Of a stretch of 64,000 nt of DNA, positions 43,028-52,641 are shown in pieces. Positions within the stretch are counted from its first letter, which is position 1, and each line of letters opens with the position of its first letter. Below the pieces are notes generated by a model. That model was not told where the DNA came from, made no database searches, and saw only the letters and a program-made list of their open reading frames with translations. Origin of the DNA: Aulosira sp. ZfuVER01 (GTDB lineage Bacteria; Cyanobacteriota; Cyanobacteriia; Cyanobacteriales; Nostocaceae). Position numbers and translations under genes: made by a program. Location of the stretch: the NCBI GenBank assembly GCA_034530615.2, contig JAVRCV020000009.1, positions 8,014 to 72,013 of the forward strand, given 5' to 3'.

Positions 43028-43133
43028 AATGTTCTTGTAATACCAAATTCCACCCTAAGTTGTCAAGATATTAGATTGATCTTACCTGATGAAATAAAGA
43101 AGCAAACTCTAATGACACCTCTTGGTTTCAGAA

Positions 43134-45914
43134 TCAAGCTATCTGCACGAGTGAATCACTTGGAGACAAAACCTGCTTTTCCTCCTGTTGCAAAGGAATT
43201 TCAATCCAAAACTCTGTTCCTTTCCCTAATTCTGACTCACACCTGAGAACTCCATGATGTTTCTCTACAACAATTTGGTAGCTAATCGATAAACCCAGTC
43301 CTGTCCCTTTACCTACAGGCTTAGTCGTAAAAAATGGGTCAAATAGTTTCCCTTTTATCTCTTGTGTTAGTCCTGGGCCATTATCAGCAATTCTCACTAT
43401 TACACGATTCTGGTTGGCAAGTTCGGTATGAATTATAATCTGACTGGGAGTTATGCAATTATCTTTTTGCCAATGCTGAATATTGTGATTTTCAAGGGCA
43501 TCGATAGCATTATTAATAATATTCATAAATACCTGATTGATTTGCCCTGGATAGCATTCTACTAAAGGTAAGTTACCATACTCTTTAATAATTTCAATTC
43601 CTGCACATTCTGGTTTGGCTTTCAATCGATTTTGTAAAATTAGTAGTGTACTGTCAATACCTTCATGAATATCGACAGCTTTCATATCTGCTTCATCTAA
43701 GCGTGAGAAGTTTCGTAAACTCAGAACAATCTCACGAATACGATTAGTGCCAATTTTCATAGAAGAAAGAAGTTTTGACAGGTCATCAACAATAAATTCT
43801 AAGTCTATTGTTTCCGAGAAATTCTGAATTTCTGCATCAGGATGGGGATAATGGTATTGATAAAGTTTTAGTAGCTCTAGCAAATCCTGAACATATTCGT
43901 CAGCAGGAGATAGATTACCATGAATAAAATTAATTGGATTATTAATTTCATGAGCCACCCCAGCCACTAACTGTCCTAAACTAGACATTTTTTCTTGTTG
44001 AATTAGTTGAGATTGGGTTTCTTGTAATTTATGTAATGCTTCGGTGAGTTTTTCTGCATGAGTTTGAGCTGCTAAGGTAGCAGTGCGACTTTGAGTATAT
44101 AGTTGTGCATGGTCGATGGCAATTGCTAGTTGATCTGTAACAGCTTGTAGTAATCCAATTTCACTTTTACTCCATACACGTTCACCACTACAATGGCTAC
44201 AAACAATTGCTCCTAACTCTCCAGAATGACTTTTAACTGGTAGCAGCAGTTGAGAAGTAATGCCAAACTCAGTTAAGAGTTCTTGCATATTTTGATCGAA
44301 ATCACTATAAATATTGTGGATGCAAAATAGCTCTTGATTAAGCAAAGTTTGTGCTAAAAATGTACATTTTTGTAGCGGTATGATACCTAACATAGAGGGT
44401 AAGTCAGGCTGACGCGCTTCATGAGTAATAGTCAAACTTGCTTGAGAAGAATACGGTAAGTAGCGCAGAAAGTAGCAACGGTCAATTTGCAATAAGCTAC
44501 GGATTTCATTGACAGCAGTTTCCAAAATAGTATCGAGTTCCAAAGAACTACGGATTTGGCTGGCTAAACTTAGCAGTAAGGCTTCCCGACGGCTGAGTAG
44601 TTGTTCTCTAGCCCAAATTCTGTCAATAGCCACAGCAATATTATTAGCAATCCAATTTAATAAATTATGAGTTGCTTCGGTCAAAACTTGCTTGTAAAAT
44701 AAGGCTATTATGCCAATCAATTCTTGTTCTACTATCAAAGGATAAGCAGAAAAATTCAATATAGAAAATGTAGTATCAAGAATTCTCTCTTGATAATTAG
44801 TTTTAATTTCTTGATTGACAATAGGTTGATGGTTGTTTGTGATTATGTCAATAACTTTATTAACTACAACCATCTGATTAGGAAAATCTTGAATAGTGCT
44901 TAAGGTATTACACTGAGTATCTGTACAATTAACACCTGCTTGGAATTGAAGGTTTGTGTTCTGTTGATCGCAAGTCCAGATACCGACAAAGGCAACATCA
45001 AGATATTGCGATATAGTATTTGTACAGTGTTGAATAATTTCTACAAGCGTACCGCTTTGAGATAAAGCTAAACTAACTTCTGCACTTAATAAAGATAGGC
45101 GCGATCGCTCTAAAATAGCTAACTCGGAAAGCTTACGCTGAGTAATATCTGTACGAATCGCTACATATTGTTCTGGTTTCCCTTCGGGTGACAATGTTGG
45201 TACTATCAGAGTGTCTACCCAATAAAAAGAGCCATCCTTGGCTTTATTTTTAAGTTCTCCTCGCCAAATTTTTCCTTGAGTAATAGTTCTCCATAATTGC
45301 TCAAAAACTTCTTTGGGATGATAACCAGAATTGATAATCCGATGGTCTTGACCTAACAGTTCATCTTTCGAGTATTTAGAAACCTCGCAAAATTTGTCAT
45401 TAGCATAAGTTATTTGCCCTTTCTTATTAGTAATTGCTACGAGTGAATGAGCATTTAATGCAAACTTTAGAGTTTCTAATTCTTGAATAGAACTTTTTAA
45501 TCTTATTTCATTTTCTTTATTAAGCGTAATATCACGAGCTACGGCATAAATCAGATTTTCTTTATCGAAATAAGTTGCATTCCATGACAACCATTTGTAA
45601 GAACTGTCAGCACAGATATAGCGATTTTCAAAGGAAATAACGTCTCCAGAACTAACAAGTTTTTGAGCTACTAAAGTAGTATTTTCGCGGTCTTCTGGGT
45701 GAATAAAGTCAATAAATGGTTTGCTTAATAGCTCTTGATATGACCAGCCTAGAGTTTTTATCCAAGCTGGGTTTAACTGCTTAAAATAGCCATCACAGCC
45801 AGCAATACAAAGTAAATCTAAGGAAAGTGAAAAAAATCGTGAGTATTGTTCTTCTGATTGTCTTATCATTTTTAAATTCTCTGTATTGAGATTATAAAAT
45901 TTGCAATTATTCAT
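43134..45914 (-). CDS. PAS-PAS-GAF-GAF sensor histidine kinase
   Basis: Two PAS/PAC domains, two GAF-like domains, AHEINNP H-box, GKGTGLGL. Confidence 0.92.
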   Translation of the reverse strand: MNNCKFYNLNTENLKMIRQSEEQYSRFFSLSLDLLCIAGCDGYFKQLNPAWIKTLGWSYQELLSKPFIDFIHPEDRENTTLVAQKLVSSGDVISFENRYICADSSYKWLSWNATYFDKENLIYAVARDITLNKENEIRLKSSIQELETLKFALNAHSLVAITNKKGQITYANDKFCEVSKYSKDELLGQDHRIINSGYHPKEVFEQLWRTITQGKIWRGELKNKAKDGSFYWVDTLIVPTLSPEGKPEQYVAIRTDITQRKLSELAILERSRLSLLSAEVSLALSQSGTLVEIIQHCTNTISQYLDVAFVGIWTCDQQNTNLQFQAGVNCTDTQCNTLSTIQDFPNQMVVVNKVIDIITNNHQPIVNQEIKTNYQERILDTTFSILNFSAYPLIVEQELIGIIALFYKQVLTEATHNLLNWIANNIAVAIDRIWAREQLLSRREALLLSLASQIRSSLELDTILETAVNEIRSLLQIDRCYFLRYLPYSSQASLTITHEARQPDLPSMLGIIPLQKCTFLAQTLLNQELFCIHNIYSDFDQNMQELLTEFGITSQLLLPVKSHSGELGAIVCSHCSGERVWSKSEIGLLQAVTDQLAIAIDHAQLYTQSRTATLAAQTHAEKLTEALHKLQETQSQLIQQEKMSSLGQLVAGVAHEINNPINFIHGNLSPADEYVQDLLELLKLYQYHYPHPDAEIQNFSETIDLEFIVDDLSKLLSSMKIGTNRIREIVLSLRNFSRLDEADMKAVDIHEGIDSTLLILQNRLKAKPECAGIEIIKEYGNLPLVECYPGQINQVFMNIINNAIDALENHNIQHWQKDNCITPSQIIIHTELANQNRVIVRIADNGPGLTQEIKGKLFDPFFTTKPVGKGTGLGLSISYQIVVEKHHGVLRCESELGKGTEFWIEIPLQQEEKQVLSPSDSLVQIA

Positions 45915-46399
45915 ACATGAGGAGTTAATATTTTTTTAGAGCTTCACCAGCCTTATTTATGAGAAAATTGCTTATACTACCAATCACACAATAATTTTGA
46001 TTTTGGATTTAAAATGGACTAGCTGGCTTTTCAACCAATGTTCCATTACATATATATAGATTTCCCTGAAAAACTAAAAAGTAAACGTTAAACGTGGGAA
46101 ATTTAAAATAAGAAGTATTAAGCAATATAGCTTTAGCTTGAATTGGCAAGAGTTCCAAGCTTTGATAGCGGAAAGTACATACTCAATAAATGTAACTTTA
46201 AATAAAGCGATCGCAGTTAATCTTCAAGGCCAACTAATAGCGAAATTAGCCGTTTCACACGTTTAACTATATCAACCTAGCAAAATAAGTCTTAGCTGAA
46301 TTTTTATTCAGTTATTGAATGTTGAACTGTATTAATTTAATCAACAATACTGTGGAAAATTCGGTAACTTTCTAATCATAAATATTGTTGTGTCCGTAA

Positions 46400-47575
46400 T
46401 TATGCGATACTTCCTCGCTTTCTAGCTTCTTTGTAAGAAGTTCCGACATTTTTCAAACCGGCTCTAATCATTTGCTTTTCTAAGAGCGCAAAAAAGCGTG
46501 CTTTATCGCCACCACGCACTACTGCCTGATTATGTGCTTCTGCGATCGCTACTGGATAACCATATCCTTTTTGCACCTGTGCCAGCATCAGTCCTAGGGC
46601 TTGGTCAAACATAGCTGTATTTTCTGCTACCCATTGTGGAACTTCTATCCGTGCAATTTCGGTGCCTACATGGATATAGCAAAAGTAGATAGTTTGTCCT
46701 TCATACAAATCTAAAATCCTAGCATTGCTGCGCCACAATGGGCCGCGCTGTCCTGGTTTGAGTTGAGTTGCCCAAAGGGAAGTATCGCGCAAAGGTTCAA
46801 AGATTTTACAAGGCACTTTTTCTAATTGATTAGGGCAATAACTTATACAGTCGGGTACTGGATGAGGACAAGCTAACAAGCGTAAAAAGTTCATGCCTTC
46901 GACATTACGAGAGGCACTAAGATAACCCATTAGGGGAATTTGCGCATCACGCATCTGCTGCCAAGCCTCCAAAATGGGTGGTAAGATGCGATCGCGGGCA
47001 TCAATCGGCAACTGTTCCAAAAACCAGTAAATTAAGGAACCATCTACCATTGCTAGGGTTGGCGCTTCTGTTTTCACAGCACAAGCTAGTTCTGCTAACA
47101 CCATTGCTTCACTAGCAGTACGGCGATAACCCATCCATTCCTCAGTTCTAATTCCCCACTGCCGAGACATATATAAATCTTCTGGGCGGTAAAATACTTC
47201 TGGCAAACTATCTAGGAGTGGGTGGAGGTTTTGTCCGTAGTGTAAGACGACTCTGCCAATATTTAGCAAATAGCAGTAAGCAATTTCGTGGTGGTTAGGC
47301 GCAATTTGGGAACCATCTGTGGCAATGACAGTATGAATTTTCGGGGGAACTGGGATATCAATGCAAGTTTCTAGGGGTTCAATGGGTGTAGCATTAGCAA
47401 AGAGAATGCGATCGCGCCATTTTTCCTGACGGTCGATTAAATCTTTTTGAGATGCGTAAGCATTTTTGAGATGTTGTTGCGCTAATTCTAAACGCTGGCG
47501 ACTCGCAGCAGCTTCTACAGTAAGATGCTGGCTTAAACCTTGCATTTGCCGCGCTAGTTTTGTGAGGTCAAGCAT
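46400..47575 (-). CDS. NurA-family nuclease
   Basis: ATDGSQ, MVDGSL, GYGYP.AIAEAHNQAVV. Confidence 0.88.
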   Translation of the reverse strand: MLDLTKLARQMQGLSQHLTVEAAASRQRLELAQQHLKNAYASQKDLIDRQEKWRDRILFANATPIEPLETCIDIPVPPKIHTVIATDGSQIAPNHHEIAYCYLLNIGRVVLHYGQNLHPLLDSLPEVFYRPEDLYMSRQWGIRTEEWMGYRRTASEAMVLAELACAVKTEAPTLAMVDGSLIYWFLEQLPIDARDRILPPILEAWQQMRDAQIPLMGYLSASRNVEGMNFLRLLACPHPVPDCISYCPNQLEKVPCKIFEPLRDTSLWATQLKPGQRGPLWRSNARILDLYEGQTIYFCYIHVGTEIARIEVPQWVAENTAMFDQALGLMLAQVQKGYGYPVAIAEAHNQAVVRGGDKARFFALLEKQMIRAGLKNVGTSYKEARKRGSIA

Positions 47576-47702
47576 AGGATTTTAGATTTAATTTTAAACG
47601 AAAAATTGAATATACAAAAACCCTCGCGATACAAGGGTTAGCTCTAAGAGTATGATATTTTTGCGTTTAGACAAGCTGACTTCAATGGTAAGCTTTAGCT
47701 GT

Positions 47703-48488
47703 TTAATACCAAACAGAAAAATCTTGAGCAAATTGAGAAAGTGATAATAGCTGAATTTGCTGGTTATTTTGGGCAGTTTCCCGATCGTGTTGGGTATTAT
47801 AGCCCCAGTCTCCTAGGAATAGTTTCACATCTGTAAGGTCTGGTTGCTGTTGAACTAACTGCAATGTTTTGAGTCTATCTTCCACAAACCAGAGACTCAC
47901 TGGTTTTTGCGCTGCTGTCTGGATTAATTCTCGCAGGATTTCATATTTAGGACGCTTTTCTTCTTTCCCAAAAATCGCTTTTGGTGGTAAATCTACACCT
48001 TCTTGTTGCAATAGTTGCTGAACAAAGCGCCCTTCTTTGGTTGTAACGATGTATAAATTGACAGTACTGGCAACAATTGCTTTGATTTTGCCTATCACAC
48101 CTGGATAAAATCTATGCAGACTTAACCATCCATCTAAATCTGTAGCTATCCATTTATCTCGCAAATTATCTAGGTTTGCAGCAATTTCTCGTGCTTGTAG
48201 CTTGTGGTCTAACAAAATTTGTGGGGCAATAGTTACCCATTCATGAAGAATCTTTTCGTCAGAAATCCCATCTACCAAAGCTTTGATTAAAACTGGCATT
48301 TCCCAACCTGTTTCAATAACAGGCCGCAGCCGATAAAATCTCGAAGCTAAATTATCGGTGGGTGTATTGTTAGCAGGCGACCAAAGTTGACAATAGGTGC
48401 GCCATGCTACCTCAAAATATTCAATTAATCCATCGCAAATCACTCCATCAAAGTCTAGGGCTAAAATTGTCGGGCTACTTGCGGTCAT
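47703..48488 (-). CDS. HAD-superfamily hydrolase
   Basis: LDFDGVICD, VTTK, FVEDRLKTL, WGYN. Confidence 0.88.
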   Translation of the reverse strand: MTASSPTILALDFDGVICDGLIEYFEVAWRTYCQLWSPANNTPTDNLASRFYRLRPVIETGWEMPVLIKALVDGISDEKILHEWVTIAPQILLDHKLQAREIAANLDNLRDKWIATDLDGWLSLHRFYPGVIGKIKAIVASTVNLYIVTTKEGRFVQQLLQQEGVDLPPKAIFGKEEKRPKYEILRELIQTAAQKPVSLWFVEDRLKTLQLVQQQPDLTDVKLFLGDWGYNTQHDRETAQNNQQIQLLSLSQFAQDFSVWY

Positions 48489-48554
48489 GGTTTTGAGGAT
48501 GAAAACTGCTTTGGCTAGCTTATCCGATCCTGCAAATCTTTTTCTGTATCAGCG

Positions 48555-48752
48555 CTAGTTTTCCGATTTATCTGAGTATTCCAAAGCTTCTTGCTCAACA
48601 TCCTTTGAAACGAGAATATCTAGCGCATCTTGGTCTGCCATTTCAATAATTGCTGCTACATATTGTCGTACCTGTTCAGCAACATCAGGCTGCCACTGAC
48701 GCAATTTTGTGTCTAAGGTTTCCACTAAAGCGTCCATCGATACCTCTACCAT
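48555..48752 (-). CDS. Small hypothetical protein
   Basis: 65-aa acidic helical ORF with ATG start. Confidence 0.55.
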   Translation of the reverse strand: MVEVSMDALVETLDTKLRQWQPDVAEQVRQYVAAIIEMADQDALDILVSKDVEQEALEYSDKSEN

Positions 48753-49288
48753 TAATGATTGTGGTGTCTAGTACCATGTTAGATTATCTGTGCTAGAGGT
48801 TGCCGAAAAAGTATTCTGCTCAACATCAAATTATCTCAAACGTAAACTCCCAAACCCCTTGGCTGCAAAGAAAAAGAGATATTTACAAGTTTACTCTTAT
48901 CAAAAAAATAGAGGTTATAAAATAAATATACGAGTATATTTTATAACTTTAAAAAGTATTTTTTAGTTATACTGTGTGTTCTTTAGTTGACTTTCCTAAC
49001 ACTAGTTTTTTCCGATTAAGAGTAAATATAATGTCACTAGAAATAAATAATAATGCCAACACAAATTATCCGGAAAATAATAAAATAATTTTAGATACTG
49101 AAAAATAAGTTTTAAAAGTAACAAATATATATACGTTTTATTACTTAAATTACACTGAGGAATACTCTGGTTAAGTCTTCTACAGCAGAAGAGTAGTGTA
49201 AACTACCATATCTATGCTCAATGCTTTTGCATAAAAATACAGAGTGGCACGCTAGGAAAAACTAAGATATTGTGTTATTTGCGTAATA

Positions 49289-49401
49289 ATCGGTTTTAGT
49301 GGAGAACAGCCGCTAAAGGTAATGGGAAAACTTGGGTATGAATTCGAGTTTCACAAAGAAAACAGTTGCTAAAGCAAGCCCTAGCCGGAATGCCCGCCGA
49401 T
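49289..49401 (+). ncRNA. Cobalamin-riboswitch-like leader (degenerate core)
   Basis: P1 atcgg/ccgat, P2 ttttagtgg/ccgctaaag, AATGGGAA, and 3' AGCCGGAATGCCCGCCG; directly upstream of cbtB. Confidence 0.6.
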
Positions 49402-49432
49402 GCGTTAACTGTTCTAAATTCATGCGAGGTAT

Positions 49433-49627
49433 ATGATGACTACTCAGACTCATCCTTCAGTGTTGCAAAAGACGGCAAGCTTGACTTTATCAAAGCCTGT
49501 ACAGGCAACACTTTTCGTTTCGCTATGTTCGTTGACACTCTGGACTGTTTATTTTACGACTTATCCAGCAGTTCACGATCGCGTACACAATCCCCGTCAC
49601 CACACTTTACTGGTTCCTTGCCACTAA
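49433..49627 (+). CDS. cbtB: CbtB-family cobalt transporter small subunit
   Basis: Single TM plus AVHDRVHNPRHH...PCH C-terminus; GAGG RBS. Confidence 0.85.
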   Translation: MMTTQTHPSVLQKTASLTLSKPVQATLFVSLCSLTLWTVYFTTYPAVHDRVHNPRHHTLLVPCH

Positions 49628-49805
49628 ACAGTTAGCAACTGTTTTTCAACCCCCATTCCTGCTGGGAGTGGGGGGATCGGCTGCATGACGATCCAGCGCT
49701 CAAGATTTCCCACTATCGACCGAACAATACAGTACATGAAAACTTGCACGCTGGGTCAATCAAGTTTAATAAGCTCCTTGAGTACTGTAGAAATCCATAG
49801 TCACA

Positions 49806-50996
49806 ATGTCGAAATTTAAGCTTTATACACTCATCAGTGCAATTTGTATGATGAGTGTAGTTTTTTATAGTTTTAAGGGCTTCTCCCAGTCGCCGCAACC
49901 GAGTGTACGACTAATTAGCCCTACGCCATCAAGTCACATAATACCTTTTGAAGCTGAAGCCAGTACGCCCCAATCTCCGGTAAAATTAGCGCTGCAAGCA
50001 CAAGATTCCACAGGTAAAGCATTAGAAAACGCTAAATTTAGCCTGCAAATTTTCACGCCACCTGCAACCCCTTGGTTCACAACAGATTTTCCCGTAGTGG
50101 AAGGAACCAAGCTACTAGATATAGAAACTATCGCCCCTAAAGGCCAGCTAGAATTCCAACAAATGCTGCCAATTCGGGGAAATTACCAACTCAAAGTGAA
50201 TGTTACCCCAGTAGTAGCTAATGCCTTTACTCCAATTGAGCAAACCCTGACATTACCAGTGGCAGAGAATTGGGTAAAATATCGTAATTTTGCAATTCTT
50301 GCTGTATTTTTGTTACTCGTTGGACTAGGTGGTGGTTGGGTAATTGGCGGACGAGGTGCGATCGCACCAGGAGAAATGGCACCGCAGCGAGTGCGATTAT
50401 TATTGAGTGGGTTAATTGTAGTTGCGATCGCAGCTCTACTATTCGTCAATATTAGTGCGGAAGTTGCCCAATCAGAGAGTTCAGGGCACGCACATAACCA
50501 CGATCATCACCATCATGGATCGGCAACCGCAACGCAAGTTGATAACTCTGGCATTGTTCGCCAACAGGGTTTACAGGCACAATTGTTGGGAGATGATAGC
50601 GCCACCGTCGGGAAACCTGCTGCTTTACAAGTAAAAATCATCGACGAAAAAACAAATCAGCCAGTTCAAGACGTACTCTTAAATATTAAAACCACCCAGC
50701 TTGAGGATGGATGGGTTGCTTTTGCACACAAAGATGTTCCCAATTCCACAGGACAATTTGCCTGGGAACAACAATTTTTTGATGGCGCACCCCACAAATT
50801 AGAGGTGGAAATTGCGCCTCAACCCAATGCTTCCCGGCAATTTACGCCGTTTCAAGTACAAAAACAAATAGATGTGGAAGGAGTTGCACCGCCGTTCTCA
50901 GTGCGGTTCATTAGTTTGGCTTACATGACAGCTTTTGTGATTGTCGGCTTGTTAATAGGATTGCAACTAAAACGGAACTTGGCTTTGCACAGTTAA
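49806..50996 (+). CDS. Uncharacterised membrane protein with two related extracytoplasmic domains and a His-rich tract
   Basis: Signal peptide, 3 TM helices, HAHNHDHHHH. Confidence 0.75.
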   Translation: MSKFKLYTLISAICMMSVVFYSFKGFSQSPQPSVRLISPTPSSHIIPFEAEASTPQSPVKLALQAQDSTGKALENAKFSLQIFTPPATPWFTTDFPVVEGTKLLDIETIAPKGQLEFQQMLPIRGNYQLKVNVTPVVANAFTPIEQTLTLPVAENWVKYRNFAILAVFLLLVGLGGGWVIGGRGAIAPGEMAPQRVRLLLSGLIVVAIAALLFVNISAEVAQSESSGHAHNHDHHHHGSATATQVDNSGIVRQQGLQAQLLGDDSATVGKPAALQVKIIDEKTNQPVQDVLLNIKTTQLEDGWVAFAHKDVPNSTGQFAWEQQFFDGAPHKLEVEIAPQPNASRQFTPFQVQKQIDVEGVAPPFSVRFISLAYMTAFVIVGLLIGLQLKRNLALHS

Positions 50997-51030
50997 TAGC
51001 GGTTGGACTCATGTCACCATTCTAACTGGC

Positions 51031-51065
51031 GAGATCCCCGACTTCTTGGAAGAAGTCGGGGATCT
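51031..51065. repeat. Palindromic dispersed repeat / bidirectional terminator
   Basis: agatccccgacttctt-g-gaagaagtcggggatct between convergent genes. Confidence 0.7.
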
Positions 51066-51071
51066 AATTTT

Positions 51072-52397
51072 TCAGTACAGCAACGCGGAAATAGTTTGCA
51101 ATAGTAGCCAAACATTTAAGCTACCAATAACAATCGCTACTAGCCAGGATAAAATCTTCAACCATAAAGGATTAACAAACTCACCCATTAAGCGGCGGTT
51201 ACTTGTAAAAATTACCAAAGGCACAACTGCAAATGATAGTTGTAAACTCAAAATAACTTGACTAAAAATTAGTAAACTGCTTGTACTTTTTTCACCAAAA
51301 AATATAATTGCAATTAATGCCGGGATAATCGCAATTAGTCTAGTAATCAACCGACGCAACCAAGGTTTTAAGCGCAAATTGAGAAATCCTTCCATGACAA
51401 TTTGCCCTGCTAAGGTTGCAGTGAGGGTTGAACTTTGCCCAGAAGCTAGTAATGCTAAAGCAAAAATTGCACTTGCTGCATTCACACCCAATACGGGAGA
51501 GAGTAATTTATAAGCATCTTGAATTTCTGCTACATCGTGATAACCAGAAAAATGGAAAGTGGCAGCAGACACAATCAAAATTGCTGAGTTGATAAATAAT
51601 GCGAAAAATAAAGCTACTGTTGAATCAATTGTGCTGAAATTAATGGCTTCCCATTTCTTTTCAGACGTTGCTTCCCAATTTCTCGTCTGCACAATTGATG
51701 AGTGTAGATATAAGTTGTGTGGCATTACTGTTGCCCCTAAAATGCCAATGGCAATGTAGAGCATTTCTGGATTCTGTACAATTTCTATTCTGGGAACATA
51801 ACCTAATAAAATACCCCCAAAGTTAGGGCGCGAAAAGATGATTTCTGCTAGAAAGCAGAGTCCAACAGTTGCTACTAACATGATTACCAAAGCTTCTGTA
51901 TAACGAAAACCTTTGCGTTGTAGCAGCAGCAGTACAATTACATCTAGCGCCGTTATACATACGCCCCAACTCAGGGGAATGCCAAAAAGAAGTTGCAGTG
52001 CGATCGCACTCCCCAAAACTTCCGCTAAGTCGCAAGCTGCGATCGCTATTTCACAAAGTACCCATAAGCAAAAGTTCACACGCGGACTGAAGTAGTCCCG
52101 ACAAGCTTGTGCTAAATCTCGCCCTGTTGCTACCCCCAACCGCACACACAGCGATTGCATTAAAATCGCCATCAAATTGGAAAGCATGATTACTGTTAGT
52201 AATGCATAACCGAATTTAGCACCCCCAGCCAAGTCAGTCGCCCAATTACCAGGGTCCATATATCCTACTGACACAAGATATCCTGGGCCTGCATAAGCCA
52301 ACATCTTGCGCCAGATGTTTTTGGTGTTAGGAATCGCTATACTGCGATGAACCTCAGGTAAACTGGGCTTCCTGTCCTGATTTTCGGGAAAAGGCAT
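51072..52397 (-). CDS. mntH: Nramp family Mn2+ transporter
   Basis: GYMDPGNW, GATVMPHNLYLHS, GQSST.T.TLAGQIVMEGF. Confidence 0.95.
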   Translation of the reverse strand: MPFPENQDRKPSLPEVHRSIAIPNTKNIWRKMLAYAGPGYLVSVGYMDPGNWATDLAGGAKFGYALLTVIMLSNLMAILMQSLCVRLGVATGRDLAQACRDYFSPRVNFCLWVLCEIAIAACDLAEVLGSAIALQLLFGIPLSWGVCITALDVIVLLLLQRKGFRYTEALVIMLVATVGLCFLAEIIFSRPNFGGILLGYVPRIEIVQNPEMLYIAIGILGATVMPHNLYLHSSIVQTRNWEATSEKKWEAINFSTIDSTVALFFALFINSAILIVSAATFHFSGYHDVAEIQDAYKLLSPVLGVNAASAIFALALLASGQSSTLTATLAGQIVMEGFLNLRLKPWLRRLITRLIAIIPALIAIIFFGEKSTSSLLIFSQVILSLQLSFAVVPLVIFTSNRRLMGEFVNPLWLKILSWLVAIVIGSLNVWLLLQTISALLY

Positions 52398-52414
52398 TCG
52401 TTAATACTCTCAGT

Positions 52415-52439
52415 TTTTCATAATCTTCTCATAATTATA
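52415..52439 (-). promoter_or_regulatory. ManR-type direct repeat adjacent to a -10 box upstream of mntH
   Basis: Minus strand TATAAT-TATGAGAA-gat-TATGAAAA; matches the (T/A)ATGA(G/A)A(A/G) repeats with 3-bp spacer known for cyanobacterial ManR. Confidence 0.75.
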
Positions 52440-52591
52440 TGAAACACTGATAAATTTAACTACATTCGTAAGGCTATAAATCTTAACTATCACTAAAAAT
52501 TAGGGGAAAATTTCAACTATCAACTCAATTTTCTGATTGATATAGATTCTCATTCTTAAATTTTAAACTTGTAAAAACTGCTTTTTTTTAT

Positions 52592-52617
52592 TACATTTGA
52601 ACGAGAACTCATATATC
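52592..52617 (+). promoter_or_regulatory. SmtB/ZiaR (ArsR-family) operator-like imperfect inverted repeat
   Basis: tacatttgaacgagaactcatatatc about 25 bp before the ATPase ATG. Confidence 0.55.
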
Positions 52618-52641
52618 TAATAAATTACTTTTTTGAACGTA

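Noticed and set aside
46400..47575. NurA as part of an anti-phage defence island
   Set aside because: No HerA, SIR2 or other defence genes adjacent; context looks like core genome.
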